From Terriglobia bacterium (lineage in GTDB: Bacteria > Acidobacteriota > Terriglobia > 20CM-2-55-15), in contig CBDAOY010000009.1 of NCBI GenBank assembly GCA_965198225.1, positions 512,001-576,000 of the forward strand: a DNA stretch of 64,000 nucleotides, written 5' to 3'. Under the pieces are notes generated by a model, which was given only the letters and a program-made list of their open reading frames with translations, had not been told where the DNA came from and did no database searches. Position numbers and translations under genes: made by a program. Below are positions 47,264 through 56,256 of the stretch, piece after piece. Position 1 is the first letter of the stretch; every line of letters starts with the position of its first letter.

Positions 47264-48197
47264 CAATCAGACCGAAACGCGCGTGGGTTTTGTCGTCGAC
47301 GCCGGGCCGGAACTCGGCTATGGCCACGCGGTGCGTTGTCTCCGCATCGCCCGCCGGCTCGCGCGGGAAGTCGGGGTCGTCTTCTATCCGCTTTCCGAGG
47401 AATGCCGCCGGTTCGTGTCGGGCCAGGGTGCTGAGATCCGGTCCCAAGAGCCCTTCCCCGAACTCGTCATCACCGATCTGCGACAGCAGGACGGGATCAC
47501 GGCTGAGATCCGCCGACAGGGTTGCCGGCACGTCAGCATTCATGATCTCGGACTGGCCCAGTGCCACTCCGACGTTCTCATCGACGGCAGCATCACGACG
47601 CTTTTTCCCTACTCCGATGATCGCCACCGAAAGATGTTCGTGGGGCCCAGGTACATGATCACCGAGCCGCGTTCCACCAGGCGCCATGTTGCTCCGAACG
47701 TCGCTTTGATCAGCCTCGGCGGCGGCGCGACACACGAGTTCACCGACTCGGTTGCGGATGCGCTCCGCGCAGCCGGATTGGACGTCTATGCCACGACGGG
47801 CTTCGGACCAGGCCGCCCTACACCGCGGAACTCTCGCATTCGTTGGATAAGAGACGAAGCCGACATCCGCGATGTCGTGGGGCGATGTGCCCTGGCCATC
47901 AGTGGGGCCGGTGTTTCCCTGTACGAAATGCTGGCGTCGGGGGTCCCGACAATCGCCCTCAGTTTCGACTGGCTTCAGCTGCGGACGGCAGAAGCGTTCC
48001 AGGAACGGGGAGCGACGCGTAGTGCCGGATTGATTTCAAAACTAAGTCCCGCCGAGCTTGCGGAATTTGCCAGAGATCTGCTCGGGAACAGTGCACTGAT
48101 GAGCCGACTTGCCGAGGCCGGTCGAAAACTGGTGGACGGCAAGGGCTTGCTCAGAGTGACCGAAATAGTGAGGAGAGAACTATGTCTGACAACCTAA
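47247..48197 (+). CDS. PseG/SpsG-like nucleotide-sugar hydrolase
   Basis: DAG...GYGH..RC, .GP.Y, SLGG, ISGAG.S.YE....GVP, NQ-like WLQ, LVDG.G..RV. Confidence 0.8.
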   Translation: MSTSTDNQTETRVGFVVDAGPELGYGHAVRCLRIARRLAREVGVVFYPLSEECRRFVSGQGAEIRSQEPFPELVITDLRQQDGITAEIRRQGCRHVSIHDLGLAQCHSDVLIDGSITTLFPYSDDRHRKMFVGPRYMITEPRSTRRHVAPNVALISLGGGATHEFTDSVADALRAAGLDVYATTGFGPGRPTPRNSRIRWIRDEADIRDVVGRCALAISGAGVSLYEMLASGVPTIALSFDWLQLRTAEAFQERGATRSAGLISKLSPAELAEFARDLLGNSALMSRLAEAGRKLVDGKGLLRVTEIVRRELCLTT

Positions 48198-49225
48198 ACA
48201 ACAACCTTTTCGACAGGCTGACGAGCGAGACTCAGAAAGTCTATTTCGTGGCGGAGGCCGGTCTCAATCACGGCGGGTCCAGAGAAAAGGCGGTGGCGAT
48301 GGTGCGGGCGGCCAAGTGGGCCGGCGCGGACGCTATCAAGTTCCAGACCTTCAAGACCGAGAAACTGACCTCGCGGAGGCGTGCGGAGCTTACCCACACC
48401 AAAGGGAAGGATCTACAGGAGCTTTTCAAGAAACTGGAGCTGGACTTCGATTCCTTCCGTTCCCTGCACCGCGAGGCGAACCGCCTGGGCATTGAGTTTC
48501 TCTCCACTCCTTTCGACGAGGAAAGTGCGGACTTTCTCGCCGAGCTCGGCGTGGGCGCCTATAAGATCGCCTCGGGAGACATCACCCATCGCCCCCTTAT
48601 CAAACACGTCGCCGCAAAAGGCAAGCCGATCCTGCTGTCGACCGGTATGAGCACCCCCGAGGAGATCGAGAAAGCGATCGATTGGGTTTACACCCAGGAA
48701 AATCAACAGGTGATCCTGCTGCACTGCGTGTCGGCCTACCCGCCCCGGCTCGACGAGTTGAACCTCAAGTCGGTGGAGTTCCTGCGAGATCGGTTCGGAC
48801 TTCCCGTTGGTTTCTCCGATCATAGTGACAGCACCATTGGCGCGATCATCGCTGTTTCTCTCGGCGCGCAGATTATCGAGCGTCATTTCATGCTCGATAC
48901 CCGAGGGGACATCCCCGACCGCGCGGTGTCGTTCGACGCCAAACACCTGCGTTCGCACATCCAGGAACTTCGGGCCATCGGTCCGATCCTCGGACAGCGG
49001 GACAAGTTTGCCACCGAGACCGAAAGCCAGAACATAACGGCTTCGCGCCGGGCCCTGTACGCGAAGCGACCGATCGCTCCGGGCGAGACGATCTCCCGGG
49101 ACATGCTCTACGCTCTGCGACCGGCTGACGGCATCTCGCCGGAGTTCGTGGATGACGTCGTGGGGCGTCAGGCGAACAGCTCGATCGACGAAAACGAACC
49201 TGTTCAGTGGGATTCAATCGGATGA
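48182..49225 (+). CDS. Nonulosonic acid synthase, NeuB/PseI/SpsE family, with C-terminal SAF domain
   Basis: AEAGLNH.G, GADAIKFQTF, STPFD, KIASGD, LSTGM, LLHCVS.YP, GFSDHS, IERHF, RP..GI.P. Confidence 0.92.
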   Translation: MSDNLNNNLFDRLTSETQKVYFVAEAGLNHGGSREKAVAMVRAAKWAGADAIKFQTFKTEKLTSRRRAELTHTKGKDLQELFKKLELDFDSFRSLHREANRLGIEFLSTPFDEESADFLAELGVGAYKIASGDITHRPLIKHVAAKGKPILLSTGMSTPEEIEKAIDWVYTQENQQVILLHCVSAYPPRLDELNLKSVEFLRDRFGLPVGFSDHSDSTIGAIIAVSLGAQIIERHFMLDTRGDIPDRAVSFDAKHLRSHIQELRAIGPILGQRDKFATETESQNITASRRALYAKRPIAPGETISRDMLYALRPADGISPEFVDDVVGRQANSSIDENEPVQWDSIG

Positions 49226-50253
49226 AAAAAGTCAACGTACTTGTAACTGCAGCGTCGCGAAGAGTCGGCCTGGTCCGCGCCTTTCGTCACGCCGTCGAGA
49301 AATTCGGCAAGGGGCGTGTTGTAACGACCGACATCAACTCGATGTCCCCTGCCATGTATTTCGGCCATCGGAACCACATCGTGCCCTTGACGACCGATCC
49401 GGGCTACATCCCCATCATCGAGAGTATCTGCGACGTAGAGGACATCCACCTGATCGTTCCGACGATCGACGACGAGCTGACGATATTGGCGCGGGAACGT
49501 GCCCGTTTCGAGGATGCAGGCGTACGGATTGCCGTCTCGAGTGAAGAGACCGGGCTGATCTGTAACGACAAGTACCGGACTTACGAGTTCGCCGTCCAGA
49601 ACGGGATCGAGACGCCCACGACGCGACTCCCCGAAGAGCTTGATTTCGGACAGCTCCAGTACCCGGTCATGGTGAAACCCCGCCACGGCCGCGGCGGCAT
49701 CCAGGTGTTTCAGGCCTGGGATGAGCGCCAGGTGCGTTTCTTCTGTGATTACGTTCCCGAACCGATCATTCAGGACTTCCTGGAGGGTACCGAGTTCACG
49801 GTCGATGTCTGTTCGGACTTCGAGGGTCGGGTACTCTCGGTGGTTCCCCGCGAACGGTTGGTGATACGTGCCGGTGTGAGCGACAAGGGGATTACACGCA
49901 AGAATAAGGACGTGCTGGAGTTTGCCCGGAATGTCGCCGAGAGCCTCGGGACTGTGGGCGCCGCCAACATCCAATGTAAATGGGACGGGAGCAGCGTTAG
50001 CCTCATCGAGGTGAACCCCCGTTTTTCGGGCGGTATACCGTTGACGATCGCCGCCGGCGCGGATTTCGCTTCATGGCTCGTCCAGCTGAGAGCTGGAACC
50101 GAGGTGCGTTCCCAGATCGGTCGATTCCAGGAAAACCTCACGATGATGAGCTTCGAGGACAGTGTCTTCGCGCGTGAGGACCAGCTGAACATCCGAGGGA
50201 GTCAATCGCCGCGGCGATTCGCCCGGACTAACACGACCGCGTATGTGAACTGA
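49222..50253 (+). CDS. ATP-grasp protein (carbamoyl-phosphate-synthase-like)
   Basis: NVLVTAA.RRV.LV, PTID.EL, CNDKY.T, KPR.G.GG, G.EFTVD, IEVNPRF.GG. Confidence 0.85.
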   Translation: MKKVNVLVTAASRRVGLVRAFRHAVEKFGKGRVVTTDINSMSPAMYFGHRNHIVPLTTDPGYIPIIESICDVEDIHLIVPTIDDELTILARERARFEDAGVRIAVSSEETGLICNDKYRTYEFAVQNGIETPTTRLPEELDFGQLQYPVMVKPRHGRGGIQVFQAWDERQVRFFCDYVPEPIIQDFLEGTEFTVDVCSDFEGRVLSVVPRERLVIRAGVSDKGITRKNKDVLEFARNVAESLGTVGAANIQCKWDGSSVSLIEVNPRFSGGIPLTIAAGADFASWLVQLRAGTEVRSQIGRFQENLTMMSFEDSVFAREDQLNIRGSQSPRRFARTNTTAYVN

Positions 50254-50258
50254 GGAAC

Positions 50259-50323
50259 TGTAGGTGCGCTCTATGAGCGCACAAATCGTCGCTCTGTGTG
50301 TGCGGTCATAGACCGCACCTACA
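50259..50323. repeat. GTAG-family REP inverted doublet
   Basis: TGTAGGTGCGCTCTATGAGCGCAC ... GTGCGGTCATAGACCGCACCTACA; same family as 39657-39921. Confidence 0.85.
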
Positions 50324-50367
50324 CCCAAATTGTTCTACAGGGCGCGGCAAAGCGGTTCCGGAGTGCA

Positions 50368-50395
50368 TAAAGGTTTGATCTAAAACATCCGATGA
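50368..50395 (+). promoter_or_regulatory. Sigma28 promoter of the hybrid kinase
   Basis: TAAA-N16-TCCGATGA; overlaps the first ATG of the ORF-track call, implying a downstream start. Confidence 0.7.
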
Positions 50396-50406
50396 GTACG
50401 AACGTA

Positions 50407-52092
50407 ATGTCGTATCTGGTTCCATCAACGCCACAGGCGGCGACTCCGCCGTGGGTGGAGCCGCCAGCGCCGGAGCTGGACTTCATGAACCGGCTGATGA
50501 CGGGCCTGGTTCGTACGGTTTCGGTGGAGCGGATCGCCCACTTTGCCGTGAAGCTTCTGGTCGAGGACACAGCGGCCCAGAACTGCTCGCTGATGCTATT
50601 GCACCGGGACTCCGGCGAGTTGCGAATCGCCGCGGCGACGGCCGGCTTCGGAACCGCGAACGGGTCTGAGAGGGCAGATTCCACCGAACCGCTGAAACTG
50701 GGCTGTGGCGTAGCCGGCTGGGTTGCGTCCGAACAGGTTCCGGTCCGGTTGGAGGAGGCCTCCAAGGACGCGCGGTTCATCTCGCTGTCAGCATCGGATG
50801 TCGTCGTCAATTCACTGATGAGCTTTCCCCTGGTCGCCAACCGTGAAGTCCTGGGCGTGATGAACCTGAGCAGCCCGGCGCCGGGCGTCTTCTCGGAAAA
50901 AGATGAGGAGCTGGTTGCCGTGGCAGCCGACCACATCGCGTTCGCACTGGACCGTGCGACGCGTTTCGAGAACGCAGAACATCACAACCGAGAGCTCCTC
51001 GAACAGGTGTCGGGCTACCAGACCCGACTTTCTCAAGCGGAGAAGATGTCCGCGGTTGGAAGCCTGCTAGCCGGAATCGTGCATGAACTCAACAACCCCC
51101 TGACGACCATTCTGGGTTTCTCGCAACTCCTGGCACAGACCAGTGGCGGGGACCGGAGAGACCTCGAGCGAATCGTTTCCGAGTCGGAGCGATGCGCCCG
51201 CATCGTCCAGAATGTCTTACGTATGTCACGCCCCGGCAAAGGCGAGCGCGAGCTGGTCGACGTGAATTCCTGCATCCGAGAGACCGTGGAGCTTGCCGAA
51301 TATCAAAGGCATCTTCACCGGATCGAGCTGACCCTGAAGCTGGCAGAGTCGAACCCCAAGATCTACGCCAACGACTGCGAGTTGACGCAGGTCGTGCTGA
51401 ATCTCGTCACCAACGCCATCCAGGCCATCGCTGCGGATCGTACGGAGGGCAAGATCGAGATTGAGACCCGCGTCGACGATTCCCGGGTGTCGATCCAGGT
51501 GCGCGACAACGGCCCGGGCATCGAGGCGCCTGCGTTGTCACACATTTTCGAGCCGTTTTTCACGACCAAGGAGACGGGCACAGGCCTGGGATTGAACCTC
51601 TCCCGCGAACTTGTACGAGCCAATGACGGTGAGGTGACCGTCGAGAGTACCCCGGGCGTCGGGACGAGCTTCGCACTGCAATTCGACGTGTCGGAGGAGG
51701 ATCCCGGAGATGAGGTCAACTGCACCAAGCCGACAGTACTGGTTGCCGACGATGAGCATCACATCCTCGACCTCGTCAATACAGTACTGACCGATTCCGA
51801 CTACCGTGTGGAATGTGTGGGCAGTGGCGAAGAGGCGATGGACCGGCTGAAAAGTCAGGACTTCGACCTGCTGATCAGTGATCTGCGGATGCCGGGCATC
51901 GGCGGCCGGGAGCTGGTCGAGTGGGTGCAGCAGTATGACACCAATGCAAAAGTGTTGCTGCTGACAGGCGACGTCGCCAGTCGTGAGATGAAAGAGTTCA
52001 TCGCCGGTTCCGGGGCCCAATGCTTGTCGAAGCCGTTCCGGATCGGCGAATTGATCGAGGCGGTCGAACAGGTGTTCTCATCCAGCCATTGA
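50407..52092 (+). CDS. Cytoplasmic hybrid histidine kinase (GAF-HisKA-HATPase-REC)
   Basis: GAF (G.AGWV....P, S.MS.PL, GV.NL, F...D); EKMS.VG.L.AGIVHELNNPL; DNGPG, FEPFFTTK, GTGLGL; REC with DDE, SDLRMP, KPF. Start position inferred from the promoter. Confidence 0.88.
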   Translation: MSYLVPSTPQAATPPWVEPPAPELDFMNRLMTGLVRTVSVERIAHFAVKLLVEDTAAQNCSLMLLHRDSGELRIAAATAGFGTANGSERADSTEPLKLGCGVAGWVASEQVPVRLEEASKDARFISLSASDVVVNSLMSFPLVANREVLGVMNLSSPAPGVFSEKDEELVAVAADHIAFALDRATRFENAEHHNRELLEQVSGYQTRLSQAEKMSAVGSLLAGIVHELNNPLTTILGFSQLLAQTSGGDRRDLERIVSESERCARIVQNVLRMSRPGKGERELVDVNSCIRETVELAEYQRHLHRIELTLKLAESNPKIYANDCELTQVVLNLVTNAIQAIAADRTEGKIEIETRVDDSRVSIQVRDNGPGIEAPALSHIFEPFFTTKETGTGLGLNLSRELVRANDGEVTVESTPGVGTSFALQFDVSEEDPGDEVNCTKPTVLVADDEHHILDLVNTVLTDSDYRVECVGSGEEAMDRLKSQDFDLLISDLRMPGIGGRELVEWVQQYDTNAKVLLLTGDVASREMKEFIAGSGAQCLSKPFRIGELIEAVEQVFSSSH

Positions 52093-52110
52093 TCGTCACG
52101 GGAAAAGCCG

Positions 52111-52818
52111 GTGAAGCAGAAAACAGTCGCGATCATTCAAGCCCGAATGGGCTCATCCCGCCTTCCCGGCAAGGTACTGCTGCCGCTGGGCGGCCGCTCC
52201 ATCCTGACCTATCTGGTGGAGCGCCTTTACCGAACCCGTACCGTCGATGAAGTCGTTGTCGCCACGACGGTTCACCCCCGCGACGACATCATCGTGGAAG
52301 AGTGCCGACGCCACGACGTCGCGTGTTTTCGGGGAAGCGAGTATGACGTCCTCGGTCGCTACCTGGCCGCTGCCACGGTTTCCGGCGCCGACATCGTGGT
52401 TCGGGTGACGGCCGACAACCCGTTTACCGATCCCGAAAGTATCGACCTCGTGGTGGAACACATCATCGAGAACGGCGTGGAATACGCCCTCGAAGACGGT
52501 CTGCCGGTCGGGACGACCGGCGAGGCTGTGACCCGCAGGTTGCTTGGCCGGATGGCGGACCTGGCCCACCGGGTCGACGAGCCGCGGTGGCGTGAGCACG
52601 TGACGCTGTACGCCAAAGAAAACCTCAAGGAAGCACGGGGGGAATTCCTCCAGCCCAGGCCACGCTGCGACAGGCCGGAAATCCGCCTGACCGTCGACGA
52701 ACTGCCCGACTATCTGCTGGCTCAGGAAGTAGCGAGAAACCTGAACGATCTGGATTTCGACATTTCCGCTCTGATCAGCCAGGCCGAGAGCATATCGGCA
52801 GCGCCTGCGGCGCTTTAG
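52111..52818 (+). CDS. SpsF-like cytidylyltransferase (CMP-nonulosonate synthetase family)
   Basis: AIIQARMGSSRLPGKVL, FRGSE.DVL.RY, VRVT.D.P, REHVT, RLTVD...DY. Confidence 0.9.
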   Translation: MKQKTVAIIQARMGSSRLPGKVLLPLGGRSILTYLVERLYRTRTVDEVVVATTVHPRDDIIVEECRRHDVACFRGSEYDVLGRYLAAATVSGADIVVRVTADNPFTDPESIDLVVEHIIENGVEYALEDGLPVGTTGEAVTRRLLGRMADLAHRVDEPRWREHVTLYAKENLKEARGEFLQPRPRCDRPEIRLTVDELPDYLLAQEVARNLNDLDFDISALISQAESISAAPAAL

Positions 52819-52998
52819 CACTCAGCCATCTGCCGTCGGCTGTCAGCTCAATCGGATGCGACTGTCGTCGCGCGTGGGAAGTTGCTCTCGGGACGGCTCA
52901 ACTCGTTGATTCTACGACAGGCCTACCCGGAGCTGGACGCTGATAGCCAGCACCTGATGACTGCTCCTTCATTGACCGCCAAAATCCTCAAAATAGAC

Positions 52999-53026
52999 TG
53001 AAGAACGGACCCCCGCCGGCCGATGA
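52999..53026 (+). promoter_or_regulatory. Sigma28 promoter of flbD-motAB
   Basis: TGAA-N16-GCCGATGA. Confidence 0.65.
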
Positions 53027-53070
53027 GTTAACCATAGGGCGCACAGTCTGCGAGCCCGGAGGTGCATATC

Positions 53071-53316
53071 GTGATCACGGTTACGAAGATCAACAAGAAG
53101 CCGATCGTACTGAATTGCGAATTGATTCAGACGGTTGAGCACGTGCCGGATACGGTCATCCACCTGACGACGGGAGACAAGCTGATTGTCTCCGACCATC
53201 CCGAAGACATCGTGCGCAAAGTGATCGAGTACAGGAAAAGTATCAACTGTTCCGGTATCGACGTCTACGTTCATTCAGAAGAGAACGAGGAGACGCCCGA
53301 GCCTGTTGCGGAATGA
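53071..53316 (+). CDS. flbD: FlbD/SwrD family flagellar protein
   Basis: MI.VTKIN....LN.ELI..VE..PDTVI.LTTG.K..V; GTG start after GGAGG. Confidence 0.88.
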   Translation: MITVTKINKKPIVLNCELIQTVEHVPDTVIHLTTGDKLIVSDHPEDIVRKVIEYRKSINCSGIDVYVHSEENEETPEPVAE

Positions 53317-53365
53317 AACGAACACGACTCGGGCGGATGAAGCCGGTTTGTAGGGGAATACACTC

Positions 53366-54154
53366 ATGGATCTCGGAACCATACTTGGCATCTCTCTCGC
53401 ACTGATTGGAATCCTGTTGGGCCAGTTGCTGGAAGGCGGATCGATTCTCCAGATTCTGCAGCCGACAGCGTTTTTGATCGTGTTCGGAGGGACGATCGGT
53501 GCAACCATGATCGGCTTTCCGCTCTCGGCCTTCATGAAGGCGACGAGCGATTTGATCTATGTCTTCATGGAAGAAAAAACGCAGCCGAACGGCGTGATCG
53601 ACCAGGTCATTCAGTTCACGAACAAGGCGCGGCGTGAGGGGATCATCTCACTGGAAAAAGACGCCGAAGGCGTTGAAGATCCGTTCTTCAAGAAGTCCAT
53701 CATGATGGCCGTCGACGGCATCGAGCCCCGCGAATTGCGCGAGACGATGGAAATGGAGCTGCAATACATGGAGGAGAGGGGGGAGATTTCATCGAAGATA
53801 TTCGAAGCGGCCGGCGGCTACGCACCGACGATCGGGATTATCGGCGCGGTGCTCGGGCTGATAGTGGTGATGCAGCATCTCGACAACATCGACGAGGTCG
53901 GACACGGTATCGCCGTGGCTTTCGTCGCCACGATCTACGGAGTTGGTGCCGCCAACATCTTCTTCCTTCCCGCCGCGGCGAAGCTGAAACTCAAGGCCCG
54001 GAAGCGGATTATCATCAAGGAGATGATGCTGGAGGGAACACTCGGAATCCTGGAAGGCCAGAACCCCCGTGTGATCGAAGGCAAGCTGACCTCGTTCCTC
54101 GACGAAAAGCTGCAGAAAGCCCGCGAGGAATCCGGCAAGAAGGGCGAAGAATAG
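53366..54154 (+). CDS. motA: Stator protein MotA
   Basis: IVFGGT, ARREG...LE, AGGYAPTIGIIGAVLGL, AFVAT.YG. Confidence 0.96.
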   Translation: MDLGTILGISLALIGILLGQLLEGGSILQILQPTAFLIVFGGTIGATMIGFPLSAFMKATSDLIYVFMEEKTQPNGVIDQVIQFTNKARREGIISLEKDAEGVEDPFFKKSIMMAVDGIEPRELRETMEMELQYMEERGEISSKIFEAAGGYAPTIGIIGAVLGLIVVMQHLDNIDEVGHGIAVAFVATIYGVGAANIFFLPAAAKLKLKARKRIIIKEMMLEGTLGILEGQNPRVIEGKLTSFLDEKLQKAREESGKKGEE

Positions 54155-54155
54155 A

Positions 54156-55064
54156 ATGGCGCGAAAGAAGAGACACGAGGAGCACGCCAACCACGAACGG
54201 TGGCTGGTGTCCTATGCGGATTTCATTACCCTGCTCTTCGCCTTCTTCGTCGTCATGTTCGCGGCGTCCAACGCCGACGAGCAGAAGGCCGGAAAGGTCG
54301 CCCAGGCGGTCGAAATGGCGTTCTCGGAGCTGTCGGTGTTCAGCCCCTCCGGCAAAGTATTTCCATTGTACGATACGGGAGGTCTGCCGTCCGACAACAT
54401 GAGCATCATCGGTAACCTGCACTCGGGTTTCACCCAGACACAAGTGGTTGCGGCTGGCCGCGGTCACGGCGAGGGTGAAGGCAAATACGACATCGAAGCC
54501 GTCCAGGAACGACTCGAGAACCTGCTCGGTCAGGAGATAGCCGAGGGACAGGTCCGGATGAATATCGACGAACGCGGCTTGACGATCAGTCTGGCGGAGG
54601 CTGGTTTCTTCGATCCCGGCTCGGCGGTGATTCAGCGCAAGGCGCTGCCGGTCGTCGACGGGATCGCCGGAAAGCTGCGGGATCTTCCCTGGGATGTTCG
54701 CGTCGAAGGACACACCGACGACATTCCTATCAAAACCGCCCAGTTTCCCTCGAACTGGGAGTTGTCGACGTCCAGGGCGACTTATGTTCTCCAGCACCTG
54801 ATCTCGAGCAGTCAGGTTCCACCAGAACGACTCTCGGCAGTCGGATATGGCCAGTACCGACCCGTCGCCTCCAACTCCACGCGGGAGGGCCGGGGCCTGA
54901 ACCGACGCGTCGACATCGTGGTGCTCAGCACGACGGCTCAAGCACTCGAACCAAAGGCAATGCCCGAGAGCGGCGAAGCGAGCGAGGTGGACCAGTCGGC
55001 CCGCTCAGGTGCAGTCGAACCCGCCCCCGAGACCAGCTCCGTGCATGCCGCCAGTAGTCCGTAG
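54156..55064 (+). CDS. motB: Stator protein MotB
   Basis: WLVSYADFITLLFAFFVVM, VEGHTD, SNWELS..RA, NRRVDIV. Confidence 0.96.
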   Translation: MARKKRHEEHANHERWLVSYADFITLLFAFFVVMFAASNADEQKAGKVAQAVEMAFSELSVFSPSGKVFPLYDTGGLPSDNMSIIGNLHSGFTQTQVVAAGRGHGEGEGKYDIEAVQERLENLLGQEIAEGQVRMNIDERGLTISLAEAGFFDPGSAVIQRKALPVVDGIAGKLRDLPWDVRVEGHTDDIPIKTAQFPSNWELSTSRATYVLQHLISSSQVPPERLSAVGYGQYRPVASNSTREGRGLNRRVDIVVLSTTAQALEPKAMPESGEASEVDQSARSGAVEPAPETSSVHAASSP

Positions 55065-55079
55065 GGGCCGCTGTCGCGG

Positions 55080-55116
55080 CCAGTAGTCAGTAGTCAGTTG
55101 CCAGTTATCAGTTGCC
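55080..55116. repeat. Degenerate heptamer tract (CAGTAGT/CAGTTGC)
   Basis: CCAGTAGTCAGTAGTCAGTTGCCAGTTATCAGTTGCC. Confidence 0.7.
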
Positions 55117-55333
55117 ACCGCGCTAATTCGATCCCCCCTCGACCTACTCAGAAAAGAAAACCACTGATCCTATTGCAAGTTGCGACATTTGAACAAGCCG
55201 CCTTGTTAGGTTTCTCATTGCTGATTGCTTCATCTCAGATCTTCGGCCGATGAGAAATTGAGCAATTATCCAATCTCCAATTTCGAATGAGGCCCCCTCC
55301 ATCGTCCCGGTGCGTCATATAATCATTCCCACC

Positions 55334-55468
55334 ATGACCTGCGACCTCTGCACCAGTGACGACGGCAAGGGTACCCACTACCACGCCTTCATCGACGGCA
55401 AACATTACTGGGTTTGCGCCAACTGTAAGTCCCGGCTCAAGATTGAATCCGAACACACGGACGAGTGA
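55334..55468 (+). CDS. 44-aa CxxC/CxxC zinc-finger-like microprotein, copy 1
   Basis: MTCDLCTSDDGKGTHYHAFIDGKHYWVCANCKSRLKIESEHTDE; TATAAT ends 10 nt before the ATG. Confidence 0.75.
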   Translation: MTCDLCTSDDGKGTHYHAFIDGKHYWVCANCKSRLKIESEHTDE

Positions 55469-55713
55469 AGAAGTAGGCGCTCTCCTCTCTGACCCACCCC
55501 AAGAAGACCCTGAGCCGATCGCAGATTGCGATATTTGAACAATCCACATTGCAGGTTTCTCATTGCTGATTGCTTCATCTCAGATTTTTCGGCCAATGAG
55601 AAATTGAGCAATTTCCAATCTCCAATTTCCAATGCGGATTCGTCCATTGACCAATTTGCGATAGATCCGATTCCCCTTCACCGTCCCAGCCATGTCACAT
55701 AATCATTCCCGCC

Positions 55714-55848
55714 ATGACCTGCGACCTCTGCACCAGCGACGACGGCAAAGGTACCCACTACCACGCCTTCATCGACGGCAAACACTACTGGGTGTGCGCC
55801 AACTGTAAGTCCCGGCTCAAGGTTGACTCCGAACACACGGACGAATGA
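55714..55848 (+). CDS. 44-aa CxxC/CxxC microprotein, copy 2
   Basis: Ends ...KSRLKVDSEHTDE; differs from copy 1 by 5 synonymous and 2 conservative changes. Confidence 0.75.
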   Translation: MTCDLCTSDDGKGTHYHAFIDGKHYWVCANCKSRLKVDSEHTDE

Positions 55849-56093
55849 AGAAGTAGGCGCTCTCCTCTCTGACCCACCCCAAGAAGACCCTGAGCCGATC
55901 GCAGATTGCGATATTTGAACAATCCACATTGCAGGTTTCTCATTGCTGATTGCTTCATCTCAGATTTTTCGGCCAATGAGAAATTGAGCAATTTCCAATC
56001 TCCAATTTCCAATGCGGATTCGTCCATTGACCAATTTGCGATAGATCCGATTCCCCTTCACCGTCCCAGCCATGTCACATAATCATTCCCGCC

Positions 56094-56228
56094 ATGACCT
56101 GCGACCTCTGCACCAGCGACGACGGCAAAGGTACCCACTACCACGCCTTCATCGACGGCAAACATTACTGGGTTTGCGCCAACTGTAAGTCCCGGCTCAA
56201 GATTGAATCCGAACACACGGACGAGTGA
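56094..56228 (+). CDS. 44-aa CxxC/CxxC microprotein, copy 3
   Basis: Protein identical to copy 1; 5' codons match copy 2 and 3' codons match copy 1. Confidence 0.7.
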   Translation: MTCDLCTSDDGKGTHYHAFIDGKHYWVCANCKSRLKIESEHTDE

Positions 56229-56256
56229 AAGACGTAGGATAACGGCCTACGGACTA

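Larger units (their letters stand above)
55175..56228 (+). repeat. Tandem array of ~3 x 380-bp units, each carrying one small gene
   Basis: ATGs at 55334, 55714 and 56094 (period exactly 380). The two internal spacers appear identical; the region upstream of copy 1 is a diverged, shortened version. Confidence 0.92.

Noticed and set aside
55235-56027. ORF-track calls of 60-104 aa within the 380-bp array
   Set aside because: Substitutions between copies are synonymous or conservative in the 44-aa plus-strand frame, which also has the -10 box.
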